A stretch of 64,000 bases of DNA from an uncultured Candidatus Actinomarina sp. (GTDB lineage Bacteria > Actinomycetota > Acidimicrobiia > Actinomarinales > Actinomarinaceae), in the NCBI GenBank assembly GCA_902634185.1, contig CACPJC010000002.1, positions 32,001 through 96,000 on the forward strand, in the 5' to 3' direction. The translations under genes were made by a program, and so were the position numbers. This document shows positions 31,010 through 40,782 of the stretch, one piece after another (position 1 is the first letter of the stretch; each line of letters opens with the position of its first letter). Below the pieces are notes generated by a model. That model did not search any database and was not told the DNA's origin. It saw only the letters and a program-made list of their open reading frames with translations.

Positions 31010-31621
31010 ATGGAAACATTTAACGAAGACCCTAAACCAGGAAGATTAGTTTTACCCTTAGTCCTTATAGGTATGATTGCAACAACTTATACCTTCATAA
31101 ACAGAGTTTCATCAAACAATGATTTAGAAATTCAGCCTGTTACTGAAGAGGTTGTAGAGACAATAGTAGAAGATTCTACCCCAGAAGATACCACTACAAC
31201 TACTACTACAACTCTTCCAGATGAAGTAATTACCTATTTAGAAGAAATATCATCAGAAAAAATTCAATCTATAGATTTAGCAACTAAAGTTTTAGAAGCC
31301 AATGATAATTGGGACAATGACTCGATTACATATCAAGAAGCAAAAGACGAATTTGCCGAATTCATAGAAGATGCTCAACAATTTGTTGAGACAGTAGCAG
31401 AACCTGGTCCTCCATCAACTTTTGCTGGTCTAGTAAAAAGTCATGAAGAATTAAAATCTCTAGCTGAGCTAATATATGCCGATACTCAAGAGCTTTTAGA
31501 GGGACTAACTTCTTCAGACACAGGAGAACAAAGAGCTGCTGCTCTTGAATCATTTAATAATAATATAAATGGTTTTCAAGAAAAAATTGAAGAAATAGTT
31601 GCTATAAATACTTCAGGTTAA
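31010..31621 (+). CDS. Membrane-anchored acidic surface protein with poly-Thr linker
   Basis: N-terminal TM, DTTTTTTTTLP linker, helical acidic ectodomain. Confidence 0.75.
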   Translation: METFNEDPKPGRLVLPLVLIGMIATTYTFINRVSSNNDLEIQPVTEEVVETIVEDSTPEDTTTTTTTTLPDEVITYLEEISSEKIQSIDLATKVLEANDNWDNDSITYQEAKDEFAEFIEDAQQFVETVAEPGPPSTFAGLVKSHEELKSLAELIYADTQELLEGLTSSDTGEQRAAALESFNNNINGFQEKIEEIVAINTSG

Positions 31622-32646
31622 GCTGAAGCGGCTGAACAAACTGTATCAATCATTACAGTTGCAATAACGTATGGATCTGCATTAGCATTTGGTCTTCTAT
31701 CTTCTAAATAGCCTTTTTTATCAACTTCTACTTGCCATGGTATACGTATTGATGCACCTCTATCACTGACACCGTAAGAAAAAGTGTCAAATCTTTGTGT
31801 TTCGTGGTCACCAGTTAGACGATCTTCTATTCCAGCACCATAGTTTTGTACATGAAATTCAGCGTTTTTACCTAGTGCTTCACAGCCGGCAACAATTGCA
31901 TCATAACCACCATCTTCTCTCATTTGCTTGGTTGAAAAGTTAGTGTGCATTCCAGCTCCATTCCAATCCCCTTTTACAGGTTTTGGAGTGAGAGTTGCTG
32001 AAATGTTATAATCTTCAGCAATTCTATATAACAACCACCTTGCAATCCAAATTTGATCTCCTATATCTGGAGCTCCTACAGGTCCAATTTGAAACTCCCA
32101 TTGTCCAGGCATAACTTCTGCATTTGTTCCAGAAATATTTAACCCAGCTTCCATACAAGCAGTTGCATGATCTTCTGAAATTGAACGACCATATACTTCA
32201 TCTGCTCCTACACCACAATAGTATCCACCTTGTGGTGCTGGATAGCCTGAAGGAGGAAATCCTAATGGTTGTCCATACTTTAGCGAATCATATGATTGCT
32301 CATAAAATGTATATTCTTGTTCCAAACCAAACATTGGTTCAAACTCAGAAAAGTTTTCAGCAGAAGCAACACATGCTGCTCTTGTGTTTGAGGCATGTGG
32401 TGTCATGTCTACATTCAAAACTTCACACATAACTAGTATGTTATCTCCACCTCTTATAGAATCAGGGAACTGTGCTACAGGTTTTAATACACAATCCGAT
32501 TGATCTCCTGTTGCTTGTTCAGTACTAGATCCATCAAATCCCCAGATTGGAGGTTCTGTCCCTTGGTCCATAATTTTGGTTTTACTTCTTAACTTTGCAG
32601 TTGGTGTTTTACCGTCTATCCATATATATTCAGCTTTAATTTTCAT
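31618..32646 (-). CDS. glnII: Glutamine synthetase type II
   Basis: AEYIWIDG, WGFDGSST, NAEVMPGQWEFQIGP, DWNGAGMHTNFS, GYLEDRRP; 342 aa. Confidence 0.95.
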   Translation of the reverse strand: MKIKAEYIWIDGKTPTAKLRSKTKIMDQGTEPPIWGFDGSSTEQATGDQSDCVLKPVAQFPDSIRGGDNILVMCEVLNVDMTPHASNTRAACVASAENFSEFEPMFGLEQEYTFYEQSYDSLKYGQPLGFPPSGYPAPQGGYYCGVGADEVYGRSISEDHATACMEAGLNISGTNAEVMPGQWEFQIGPVGAPDIGDQIWIARWLLYRIAEDYNISATLTPKPVKGDWNGAGMHTNFSTKQMREDGGYDAIVAGCEALGKNAEFHVQNYGAGIEDRLTGDHETQRFDTFSYGVSDRGASIRIPWQVEVDKKGYLEDRRPNANADPYVIATVMIDTVCSAASA

Positions 32647-32740
32647 TGTTTTTAATACCTCTTTTAATATTCTCGTTAATAATGTAGTATTTATTTAAAA
32701 TATTGGTTACTCGGAAATATTAAATATTTGTTTCAAGATT

Positions 32741-33370
32741 ATGGTAAAAGCGTATATAAATGTAGAGAAAGAGCATGAAAAGGTAATATCGTGCCTAAAT
32801 TCTTATGATTTAAATTCAGTTGATCTAGGTAAAATAGCAACTCAAAATGAAGTTCACTTAGTATGTACCTCTTTTTCAATGTATGGAGAAACTAAAAAAA
32901 ACCTATCGGACATTGAAACAGCATCAAAACCTATCCCTGAACTAATAATTGCTAATGAAGAAGAATTTAAACAAAGTATCGATTTAATTAAAAATCCAAA
33001 AATTGAAGTAATATCAAATGATTGTAAGGAAGAGGAAGTAATTGCAAGATTTCAATCTTTAATTGGAGATAGTTCATCAGAAAAAATCGAGTTTGATGAT
33101 CTTGTAATCAATTTGAAAACTTATGAGGCTAAAATCGATGATCAATTATTGGATCTAACCTTCATGGAATATGAATTATTAAAATTCTTTGTTGTGAACC
33201 AAGAAAATGTATGGTCTAGAGAAGAGTTATTAGAAAAAGTATGGGGATATGATTATTTTGGAGGGGCTAGAACAGTAGACGTTCATGTTAGAAGACTTAG
33301 ATCAAAGTTGGGTGAAAAAAGATCTGATTGGATAAAAACAGTACATTCAGTTGGATATAAGTTTAACTAA
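32741..33370 (+). CDS. glnR: GlnR-like OmpR-family regulator with degenerate receiver domain
   Basis: LDLTFMEYELL...VWGYDYFGGARTVDVHVRRLRSKLG, the GlnR-type wHTH; divergent from glnII. Confidence 0.85.
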   Translation: MVKAYINVEKEHEKVISCLNSYDLNSVDLGKIATQNEVHLVCTSFSMYGETKKNLSDIETASKPIPELIIANEEEFKQSIDLIKNPKIEVISNDCKEEEVIARFQSLIGDSSSEKIEFDDLVINLKTYEAKIDDQLLDLTFMEYELLKFFVVNQENVWSREELLEKVWGYDYFGGARTVDVHVRRLRSKLGEKRSDWIKTVHSVGYKFN

Positions 33371-33710
33371 AACTATCTCCACATCCACAAGTTCTTGTTG
33401 CGTTTGGATTGTCGATTGAAAATCCGGTCTCCATTAAACCTTCTTTGTAATCTAAAGTTGATCCCTTAATATGCTCAAGGCTTTGTGAGTCAATACCAAT
33501 ATCTACGCCATCATATGACTCGAAAACATCATTTTGTAGTCTTTCTGTATCGAAGAACATCTCATAAGATAGTCCTGAACAACCGCCTGGCTTAACTCCC
33601 ATTCTTAGAAAGCTATCTTCACTAGATTCCTCACCTTTAAGTTCAACGAGTTTTTTTACAGCACTATCAGTTGCTAAAACTGATCGAGATGATTTTATTT
33701 GTATATCCAT
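33363..33710 (-). CDS. A-type Fe-S carrier (IscA/ErpA/HesB)
   Basis: GGCSGLSY, NPNA..TCGCGDSF. Confidence 0.93.
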   Translation of the reverse strand: MDIQIKSSRSVLATDSAVKKLVELKGEESSEDSFLRMGVKPGGCSGLSYEMFFDTERLQNDVFESYDGVDIGIDSQSLEHIKGSTLDYKEGLMETGFSIDNPNATRTCGCGDSFS

Positions 33711-33786
33711 AATTTAATTATATCGTATATCAAATTATTCAAAAAATTTATTGTTACATGAAATTTTTTCACTTTAAGATATAAAC

Positions 33787-33825
33787 ATGAGTTTTAAACC
33801 AATAAAAGTAGGAATATATGGATAA
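33787..33825 (+). CDS. Candidate leaderless 12-codon ORF overlapping the selA start
   Basis: TAAGAT-6nt-ATG; MSFKPIKVGIYG*; stop lies within ATGGATAA of selA. Confidence 0.3.
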   Translation: MSFKPIKVGIYG

Positions 33826-35113
33826 AATATCTGTAAATAAACTGGTCGAAGAAGTGAAATCTAATCTTCCAAGAGAAATATTGGTTTTAATAGCTCAAAA
33901 TTGTCTTAACAAAAACACGGATATTCAAACAACTATTAAAAATTTTGAAAACGAAGTGTATAAATATACATTAAAAGTTCAAAAAAAAGTTATCAACTGT
34001 ACTGGGACGTTGTTACATACAAACCTTGGAAGAGCACAAACTGATATTGACTTTAATGGAGAAAGTACAAATGTCGAATACGATATTTTTAATAACAGAA
34101 GAGGTAAAAGAAATGAATTCTTAAGTGAGTCAATGAACTTACTTCTAGGGTCTGATGATGTTTGCTTTGTCAACAACAATGCTTCATCGCTCTTTATAAC
34201 ACTAAAGACACTTAAAAATATTTATGGGAAAAAAACAGTAATTATTTCTAGAGGAGAAATAATTGAAATCGGTGGATCTTATAGGCTTCCAGAGATAATT
34301 CAAGAAACAGATTTGAAGATGGTCGAAATTGGAACAACAAATAAAACTAAAATAACTGACTATGAAAAAGCCCTAAAAGAAAATAAAGATGCTTTAATTT
34401 TAAAAGTCCATAGATCAAATTTTTCAATTGATGGTTTTGTAGAAGAGGTAAATTTAAAAGATTTAAAGTCTTTAACCGAAAGTCAAAATAGTATTTTGAT
34501 TCATGATCTCGGAAGTGGTCTAGTTGCAAGTAAAAAATTTCTGGAAAAAGAAAATATTGATATCTTTGATGATGAGCCAACAGTGCAGGAATCGTTGAGA
34601 CAAGGTGCAGATTTAGTTATGTTTTCAGGTGACAAACTATTTGGATCTTTACAGTCGGGAATAATAGCTGGAGATAAAAAAATGATTCAATCAATAAAGG
34701 AGTCTCCATTATTTAGGACATACCGCTGTTCTCCTTTAACTCTTTTTCAACTTCAAGAAACTACAAGTAAATATGTATCCAAAAAAGAAATAGAAATACC
34801 CTTATGGAAAATGATTTCAATGAAATATGAGAATCTAGAAAATAGAATCAGAAATGTATGTGAAAATCTTGAAATAAAACATGAAGTTGTCAATGATTAT
34901 TCTGTAATGGGTGGGGGTACTTTACCAAATAAGACTATTCCTTCACCAGTAGTAAAAATAAGTGAACTAGAAAATAAAGATCTGATGAGCAAATTAATGC
35001 TTAATGAGATCCCAATAATTCCTAGAATTAATAAAAACAATATAATAATTGATTTAAGAAGCACTTCAGAAAAAAACGATATATACATCAAAGATTTTTT
35101 TACTAAGTTATGA
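33818..35113 (+). CDS. selA: L-seryl-tRNA(Sec) selenium transferase
   Basis: VINCTGTLLHTNLGRA, VNNNA, SRGEIIEIGGSYR, LKVHRSNF, DLGSG, FSGDKL. Confidence 0.95.
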   Translation: MDKISVNKLVEEVKSNLPREILVLIAQNCLNKNTDIQTTIKNFENEVYKYTLKVQKKVINCTGTLLHTNLGRAQTDIDFNGESTNVEYDIFNNRRGKRNEFLSESMNLLLGSDDVCFVNNNASSLFITLKTLKNIYGKKTVIISRGEIIEIGGSYRLPEIIQETDLKMVEIGTTNKTKITDYEKALKENKDALILKVHRSNFSIDGFVEEVNLKDLKSLTESQNSILIHDLGSGLVASKKFLEKENIDIFDDEPTVQESLRQGADLVMFSGDKLFGSLQSGIIAGDKKMIQSIKESPLFRTYRCSPLTLFQLQETTSKYVSKKEIEIPLWKMISMKYENLENRIRNVCENLEIKHEVVNDYSVMGGGTLPNKTIPSPVVKISELENKDLMSKLMLNEIPIIPRINKNNIIIDLRSTSEKNDIYIKDFFTKL

Positions 35114-36789
35114 CAGTTATCGCTACTGCTGGACATGTAGATCATGGCAAATCTACGTTTGTAAATTTTTTAACTAAACAAGAAACTGATAGATTGCCGG
35201 AAGAAAAAAAAAGGGGCCTTACGATAAATTTGGGTTATACCTATTTTACAATTGAGGACAAAACTTATTCAATAGTTGATGTGCCTGGTCACAAAGATTT
35301 TTATAAAAACACAATATCTGGATTTGCTAATGTAGATGTAATTCTGTTTGTGATAGATTCAATTCAAAACTGGTCTGAGCAGTCCGAACAGCATTTTCAA
35401 TCATTAGTTTCACTAAACAAAAAAAATTTTATATTTGTATTTACAAAAATTGATCTACTTGAAGGTGAGATAAAAAAAGAATTCTTAAGTGAAAAACTAG
35501 ATAATAATCAAGATATTAATTATCTCATTTTGGAGTTCAACAAAGAAACCTCTAGCAGAAGAGCATTTTGTGAATCTATTCATAATTTTGTTAAAACTTG
35601 TAAATTTGAGAAAAAAACACCGCGACTATGGGTCGATAGAAGTTTCACAATTGATGGAACTGGAAAAGTTGTTACCGGTACAGCAAGTAAAGATCTGGAT
35701 TATGAAAATATTATATACAATCTACATAACGAAGAACTTCAAATAAAAGAAGTTCAGAGCAGAAATCAGAAGAATGATAAAAATGATGTAACAAAAAGAG
35801 TGGCATTGTCTTTAAAAAAAACAAACAAAAATTTTCCCAGTAGAGGCGACCTGCTAACAAATGAAAAAATTAATTTTTCAAACAATTTATTTATCGAATT
35901 AAACAATCGAGATGTGGATAGATCCATTTTCAAAGGAACCTTAAGACTTTTTTTTGGAACAAATAATGCACATATATCAAAAATAAAATTGATAAATTCT
36001 GAAAATGAGACTTTTGCAATTTTAAGTCTATCCAAAGCAGTACCAATTCCAATTTTTGAAAATCTACTAATTCAAAATATAGACAGAGATAAATATATCG
36101 GTGGAAAGTTCTTACTATACCCTGATAAAAACCAATTTTTAAAGCTGAACAAAAAGATTAAAGATAAAATCAAAATAAATAATTTATTAGATATTTTTGA
36201 CTTTTTAGATATGAAATTCTTCAAGATTAATGAAAACTTCAAACAAATAGAAAATCTATATGTCAATGAATCAGTTGTTGAAAAGATTTTTGAAGATTTA
36301 AAAAGTAATACAGATTCAATAAATAAGGCTGGTGTAAAAGATTTCTTTCAAGATAACTATCAAATATCAATAGAAATATTAGAACAATTGACAAAAGATA
36401 AAGAAAATATAACTATTTCAAATAACCAAGTAATTAAAAAAATAGATAACTTTGAAGCACTAGAAAATCAATACATAAAAATTAAAGAACTACTTGGTAA
36501 AACATTGGAAGTAAACATTATTAATACAAAAGAATTTGATAGGGATGAATTAAAAGATCTTTTTTTATCCAAAAAAATTTACAGAGTTGATTCTAAAATC
36601 ATTATCTCCGATACACATTTGAAACAATTAGTTGAGATTGTTGGATTTATGTCTGATGAATTTTCTGTAAAAGATTTTAAAGATAAATCTAATCTTTCAA
36701 GAAAGTATGCAATTCCTTATCTGGAATTGCTTGACAAGATCGGAGTGACTCAAAAAATTGATAAAGCTGGATCGAGAAAAAAACTTTAA
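35110..36789 (+). CDS. selB: Selenocysteine-specific elongation factor
   Basis: ATAGHVDHGKST, EEKKRGLTINLGY, DVPGH, DRSFTIDGTG, C-terminal LSRKYAIPYLE winged helix. Confidence 0.93.
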   Translation: MTVIATAGHVDHGKSTFVNFLTKQETDRLPEEKKRGLTINLGYTYFTIEDKTYSIVDVPGHKDFYKNTISGFANVDVILFVIDSIQNWSEQSEQHFQSLVSLNKKNFIFVFTKIDLLEGEIKKEFLSEKLDNNQDINYLILEFNKETSSRRAFCESIHNFVKTCKFEKKTPRLWVDRSFTIDGTGKVVTGTASKDLDYENIIYNLHNEELQIKEVQSRNQKNDKNDVTKRVALSLKKTNKNFPSRGDLLTNEKINFSNNLFIELNNRDVDRSIFKGTLRLFFGTNNAHISKIKLINSENETFAILSLSKAVPIPIFENLLIQNIDRDKYIGGKFLLYPDKNQFLKLNKKIKDKIKINNLLDIFDFLDMKFFKINENFKQIENLYVNESVVEKIFEDLKSNTDSINKAGVKDFFQDNYQISIEILEQLTKDKENITISNNQVIKKIDNFEALENQYIKIKELLGKTLEVNIINTKEFDRDELKDLFLSKKIYRVDSKIIISDTHLKQLVEIVGFMSDEFSVKDFKDKSNLSRKYAIPYLELLDKIGVTQKIDKAGSRKKL

Positions 36790-37040
36790 GAAAATATTAG
36801 GTTTCGTTTTCTTTCGACTTCGTTTAGGCCTCCCCAAATTCCAAAAGGTTCTTCAATCTCTTTAGCTTCCTCTAAACAATTGACTTTGACAGGACAGCCA
36901 TTACAAACAGCTTTTGCTTTTGCCTCTCTTTTTTCTCTATCTTCTTTCTTTTCAAAAGTGGCGGGAGGAAAGAATAAATTTGAACTATGTTGCCTACAGA
37001 GAGCATTGTATTGCCAAGTTGAAATTTTTATTTCTAACAT
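36786..37040 (-). CDS. whiB: WhiB-family Fe-S transcription factor (WhiB3/WhiD-like)
   Basis: C..LFFP..AKAVCNGCPVKVNC..EPFGIWGGL. Confidence 0.93.
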   Translation of the reverse strand: MLEIKISTWQYNALCRQHSSNLFFPPATFEKKEDREKREAKAKAVCNGCPVKVNCLEEAKEIEEPFGIWGGLNEVERKRNLIFS

Positions 37041-37104
37041 ATAGGAACGTTATTTCAAAAAAAACAAATGGCAAAAGGTTTTTTTCGCGAAGTTTTATGG
37101 ATAT

Positions 37105-38223
37105 TTAGATATAAAGATTTCCATCTTTTTCTAAAAAGATATAATTTTGTTTTTCCTTATATGATTTATCAATTTCTAAATTAACCCTAAGTTTTGTATC
37201 CTTATACAAAACAAGGCCTGTGTCAGATTCTAGAATTTCTATTAATTCACATTCTTTATCAACCAAAGAAGTTCCACCACTGGTATCAGTTGTAAGCCTT
37301 GATCTTATAACTGTAGGTATTGCTACAAAATAAAATAATGCCAAAGCAACTGAAACTAAAAATAAAAGAAGGAAATTTACGCTAATTTGGTAGTTACTAA
37401 ACATCACAAATGAAGAGCTAAATAGAACTAGGAATGCAACAACTCCAAGAATTGAAAAGTATCCTCTTGATAAGATTTTTATATACATTAAAAATGAAAT
37501 GCCGAATATAAGAATTCCATAATAATTTATTCCAAACTCTTGAAATGGCAAAGTAGAAGATATTACAAGTAGTGACCCTACAACTGCCATCAAACCTGGA
37601 CCTATAGCAAATAGCTCAAGACCAATTAATGCAAAACCTAGAACAAAAAACATATATGTGAATATCGGGTTAGAAATTGCAATATAGAAGCGCTCAAACA
37701 ATGAGGGTTTAAAAAATTCGATTGATTGATCGGATATTACGAAATCTATATTCTCGATAAATGACCCAAGTGTACCAACAATTAAATAGTTATCATAGAT
37801 ACCTTCGTTTGTAGAAACAATAATTTTTCTTTCTTCAAAATTACAAATGTTAATCGTACAATATTTTTTTTCTACTGATTCATCAAAACTAACATTGTTA
37901 ATTTCCAGTCCTGGAGAAAAGCCTATGTAATCAAAATTGTTAAGTTGTTTAAAATCTATGGATATTTTATATGGACCAAACCAAACTCCTATCAGAAAAT
38001 CATATCCTGATAATAAGCTATTTAATTCTGCAATACTCTCTGCGCTTCCTTCTTGAGAGCTATATTGAAGAATCAATAAATCGTCATCTGTATATTCATA
38101 TTCTTCAATGTGGCCTTCAAGAGCATTTATATGGGCATTAGAAAAAATACCTTCGATTTCAAATATGTTTAGTTGCGCAGTTCCGACCACTGCAAAAATT
38201 AAGGTAGAAATCAAATATGTCAT
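37105..38223 (-). CDS. NfeD-family membrane protein with degenerate N-terminal domain
   Basis: ISNP...LIGLELFAIGPG TM region, C-terminal G.SLV OB-like domain. Confidence 0.7.
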   Translation of the reverse strand: MTYLISTLIFAVVGTAQLNIFEIEGIFSNAHINALEGHIEEYEYTDDDLLILQYSSQEGSAESIAELNSLLSGYDFLIGVWFGPYKISIDFKQLNNFDYIGFSPGLEINNVSFDESVEKKYCTINICNFEERKIIVSTNEGIYDNYLIVGTLGSFIENIDFVISDQSIEFFKPSLFERFYIAISNPIFTYMFFVLGFALIGLELFAIGPGLMAVVGSLLVISSTLPFQEFGINYYGILIFGISFLMYIKILSRGYFSILGVVAFLVLFSSSFVMFSNYQISVNFLLLFLVSVALALFYFVAIPTVIRSRLTTDTSGGTSLVDKECELIEILESDTGLVLYKDTKLRVNLEIDKSYKEKQNYIFLEKDGNLYI

Positions 38224-38261
38224 TATTATTTAAAATTACAGAATAGTATGCTTTTAAAACT

Positions 38262-38591
38262 GTGAAAATTTTAATTTATAGCGACAATCAATGGGTTATA
38301 GAATCTATTGAAAAATATATTGATTTTGAATATGAACTGCTTAAAAACGTTGATTTAGAAAGCTTGAATCAGCGAATAGATTATATATTTGTTGACATGC
38401 AAGTTAAAAATAATGGTGGGCCATCAATAATAAGAGATTTGAAAAGAGACAAAATAACTAAAAATACACCAATAGCCTTAATAGCAGACAGGGACGCTGA
38501 TGAGTTTCAAGCAAAAAGAGTTGGTGCCGATTTTTTTGCAGTAAAACCGGTTTCAAAAACTAAATTAAATAAATTCTTTAATTTAAAATAA
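38262..38591 (+). CDS. Single-domain response regulator (receiver)
   Basis: IFVDMQ, TPIALI, GADFFAVKP. Confidence 0.8.
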   Translation: MKILIYSDNQWVIESIEKYIDFEYELLKNVDLESLNQRIDYIFVDMQVKNNGGPSIIRDLKRDKITKNTPIALIADRDADEFQAKRVGADFFAVKPVSKTKLNKFFNLK

Positions 38592-38616
38592 AATCCTCTA
38601 GAATCATATATACAAA

Positions 38617-39864
38617 TTGAGTATTAATTTCGACTTCGTTTTATATATAGTATTTTTTATCTGCCTTGTTCTATCTGGTATGCTATCTGGTTCTGAAACG
38701 GCAATTACATCTATACCTAAACAGAAAGTGCATCAGTTAGATGACTCCAAAAAAAATAATAGGATTAAAAAAGCTAAAGAGAACTTAGAAAAAACAATTG
38801 GCGGAATTCTGGTTGGAAATAATTTTGTAAATATATTAATGGCTTCTGTTGCAACATTAATTTTTGTGAGAAGATTTGGGGAAAGTGCTGGAAGTGCGAT
38901 TGCCACAGTATTTACGACAATAATTGTATTGATATTTGGTGATATTACTCCAAAGACACTAGCTACTAAACTACCAATAGCATTTTTATCAAGAACAACA
39001 TTTTTAGTTGAAATACTATCAAAAATTTTTGCTCCCTTTACAGAGGGAATAACTAAATTAATTATGAGATTTGCAAAAACTTCAGAAGATGAGGATGCTG
39101 AAGTTACAGAAGCAGATATTCAAGCATTAACAGCACTTGGGGAAATTGAGGGACAAATTTTGCCAGCTGAAAGAGAAATAATAAATGCTCTCCTTGATTT
39201 TTCTGACAGACCTATAAAAGAAATTATGACGCCTAGGGTAGATGTTTTATTTCTTTCCTTACCAATTAACATCGCGGATGTTAAATCGTTAGTTGAAGAT
39301 AAAAGAATTTCAAGAATGCCTGTTTCAAAATCAGAATCCCTTGATGACACTTTTGGAATCGTGTACGTTAAAGATTTGTTTAATATGAAAGCAAACTCAG
39401 ATTCAGTTGAAATAGAAAATTTAGTAAAAGATGTAATCTACTTACCCGAATATACAACTGTTTTATCTGCATTAAATATTTTACGAGAAAACAAATCGAG
39501 TTTTGCATGTGTTATTGATGAGAATGGTGGTATTGAGGGTGTAATAACTATTAAAGATGTATTGTCTGAATTTGTAGGTGAACTTCCTGACGAACATGAT
39601 CAAAGATTCCTAGGTATAAGAAGACTTGGACCAGGTCAATGGACTATTGAAGGTAAAACAGATATAGATGATTTTGAGGAATTTTTTGGTTTAGAGCCTT
39701 ATGATAAAGATATTGCAACAGTTGGTGGACTGTTCTTAAGTCACTCAGAACAACTTCCTTCTATTGGTGAAAAAATTACACTTGATGGATTGGAAATCAC
39801 AGTAATGGAGATTGATAATAGAAGAATAGATACAGTTGTTGTTAAAAAAATTGCTAAAAAATAA
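38617..39864 (+). CDS. CNNM/CorC-TlyC (DUF21-CBS-CBS-CorC) protein
   Basis: SGSETA, LVGNN, FGDITPK, IMTPRVD, SRMPV, DENGG. Confidence 0.92.
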   Translation: MSINFDFVLYIVFFICLVLSGMLSGSETAITSIPKQKVHQLDDSKKNNRIKKAKENLEKTIGGILVGNNFVNILMASVATLIFVRRFGESAGSAIATVFTTIIVLIFGDITPKTLATKLPIAFLSRTTFLVEILSKIFAPFTEGITKLIMRFAKTSEDEDAEVTEADIQALTALGEIEGQILPAEREIINALLDFSDRPIKEIMTPRVDVLFLSLPINIADVKSLVEDKRISRMPVSKSESLDDTFGIVYVKDLFNMKANSDSVEIENLVKDVIYLPEYTTVLSALNILRENKSSFACVIDENGGIEGVITIKDVLSEFVGELPDEHDQRFLGIRRLGPGQWTIEGKTDIDDFEEFFGLEPYDKDIATVGGLFLSHSEQLPSIGEKITLDGLEITVMEIDNRRIDTVVVKKIAKK

Positions 39865-39891
39865 TTCAATTATCTTGATTAAAATATAACT

Positions 39892-40170
39892 ATGGGTGCA
39901 ATTTGGGCAGTTATTTCTTTGTTGGCAGTTTGGCTAATTTATGGATTGATTGCTTCAATATTTGTAAAAGGTGTCACAAGTAGAGATGGCTTAAAATTAA
40001 TTTTTGCTGGAATGTTGGGTGGATATTTGGGTGGTCAAGTTGGAATATTCATGGATGTTCCAGAAAATTTATGGTGGATGAGAGAAGTAACAAAATTATT
40101 ACTTACAATAGGAAGCTTGAATGTTATTCATCGACTTGGATTTATTAAAAAAAGAGGAGAGCAAGCTTAA
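39892..40170 (+). CDS. Small membrane protein, GlsB/YeaQ (transglycosylase-associated)-like
   Basis: YGLIAS, GMLGGYLGG; 3 TMs. Confidence 0.55.
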   Translation: MGAIWAVISLLAVWLIYGLIASIFVKGVTSRDGLKLIFAGMLGGYLGGQVGIFMDVPENLWWMREVTKLLLTIGSLNVIHRLGFIKKRGEQA

Positions 40171-40445
40171 TTTTTTGGAATCCTTGCTGCTTTTAGCAAG
40201 TTTCCATTTTCATCAATAACACCACATCGTTTTGATAAAAGTTTTGTATTAAATAAGAAAAGATTTTTTTTCCAAATAGCTAAGTATCCGTAGCCTCCAA
40301 CAGTATCTAATTTTTCAAGGGCTTGTACTAACGAAGAAGTATCTTCTGCAATAACTACAGGTAATTCTTGATATGTTGCATCCCATTCTTCTGAAGTTTT
40401 GACTCTTCCAGAATTGAGTAAGTGATCTTTTAAACTACTCATCAT
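40167..40445 (-). CDS. Hypothetical protein at the end of the PTS operon
   Basis: Start probably MMSSLKDH (40445), overlapping the HPr stop. Confidence 0.6.
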   Translation of the reverse strand: MMSSLKDHLLNSGRVKTSEEWDATYQELPVVIAEDTSSLVQALEKLDTVGGYGYLAIWKKNLFLFNTKLLSKRCGVIDENGNLLKAARIPKN

Positions 40446-40782
40446 CAACTGTTTCAAATACTTGTAATTCATCTTCTTCAATATTTTCATTATCAAAGTC
40501 ATCTTTACTGCTGTAGGCTTCTGTTCTCCAGTTTATTAAATTTTCCATAAGTTTTTCCTCGTCACTACCAGTTATATGTAAATCAATAATTGAAAATTGC
40601 TTAGGTTCTATCTTGAATAAACTAAGTAAACTTTTACCATTTGCTACTTTATCACCAACTTTTATTTCAACGTCACTATCAAATTGCTGGCAATATTTTA
40701 CAAATTCACTTCCAGGTCTTGCGTGAAGACCAGGATAAATTAATATTTTTAGTTTTTGTGAAACAGAAATTTTAGCCTCCAA
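40435..40782 (-). CDS. ptsH: Phosphocarrier HPr with acidic C-terminal tail
   Basis: GLHARP (phospho-His), NGKSLLSL (regulatory Ser), GSDE. Confidence 0.92.
   Translation of the reverse strand: MEAKISVSQKLKILIYPGLHARPGSEFVKYCQQFDSDVEIKVGDKVANGKSLLSLFKIEPKQFSIIDLHITGSDEEKLMENLINWRTEAYSSKDDFDNENIEEDELQVFETVDDE

Noticed and set aside
33711-37104. tRNA-Sec (selC) next to selAB
   Set aside because: The flanking gaps are short and AT-rich, with no cloverleaf or UCA anticodon arm.
37105-38223. NfeD-stomatin (SPFH) operon
   Set aside because: No SPFH gene is adjacent in this window; the partner may lie elsewhere.
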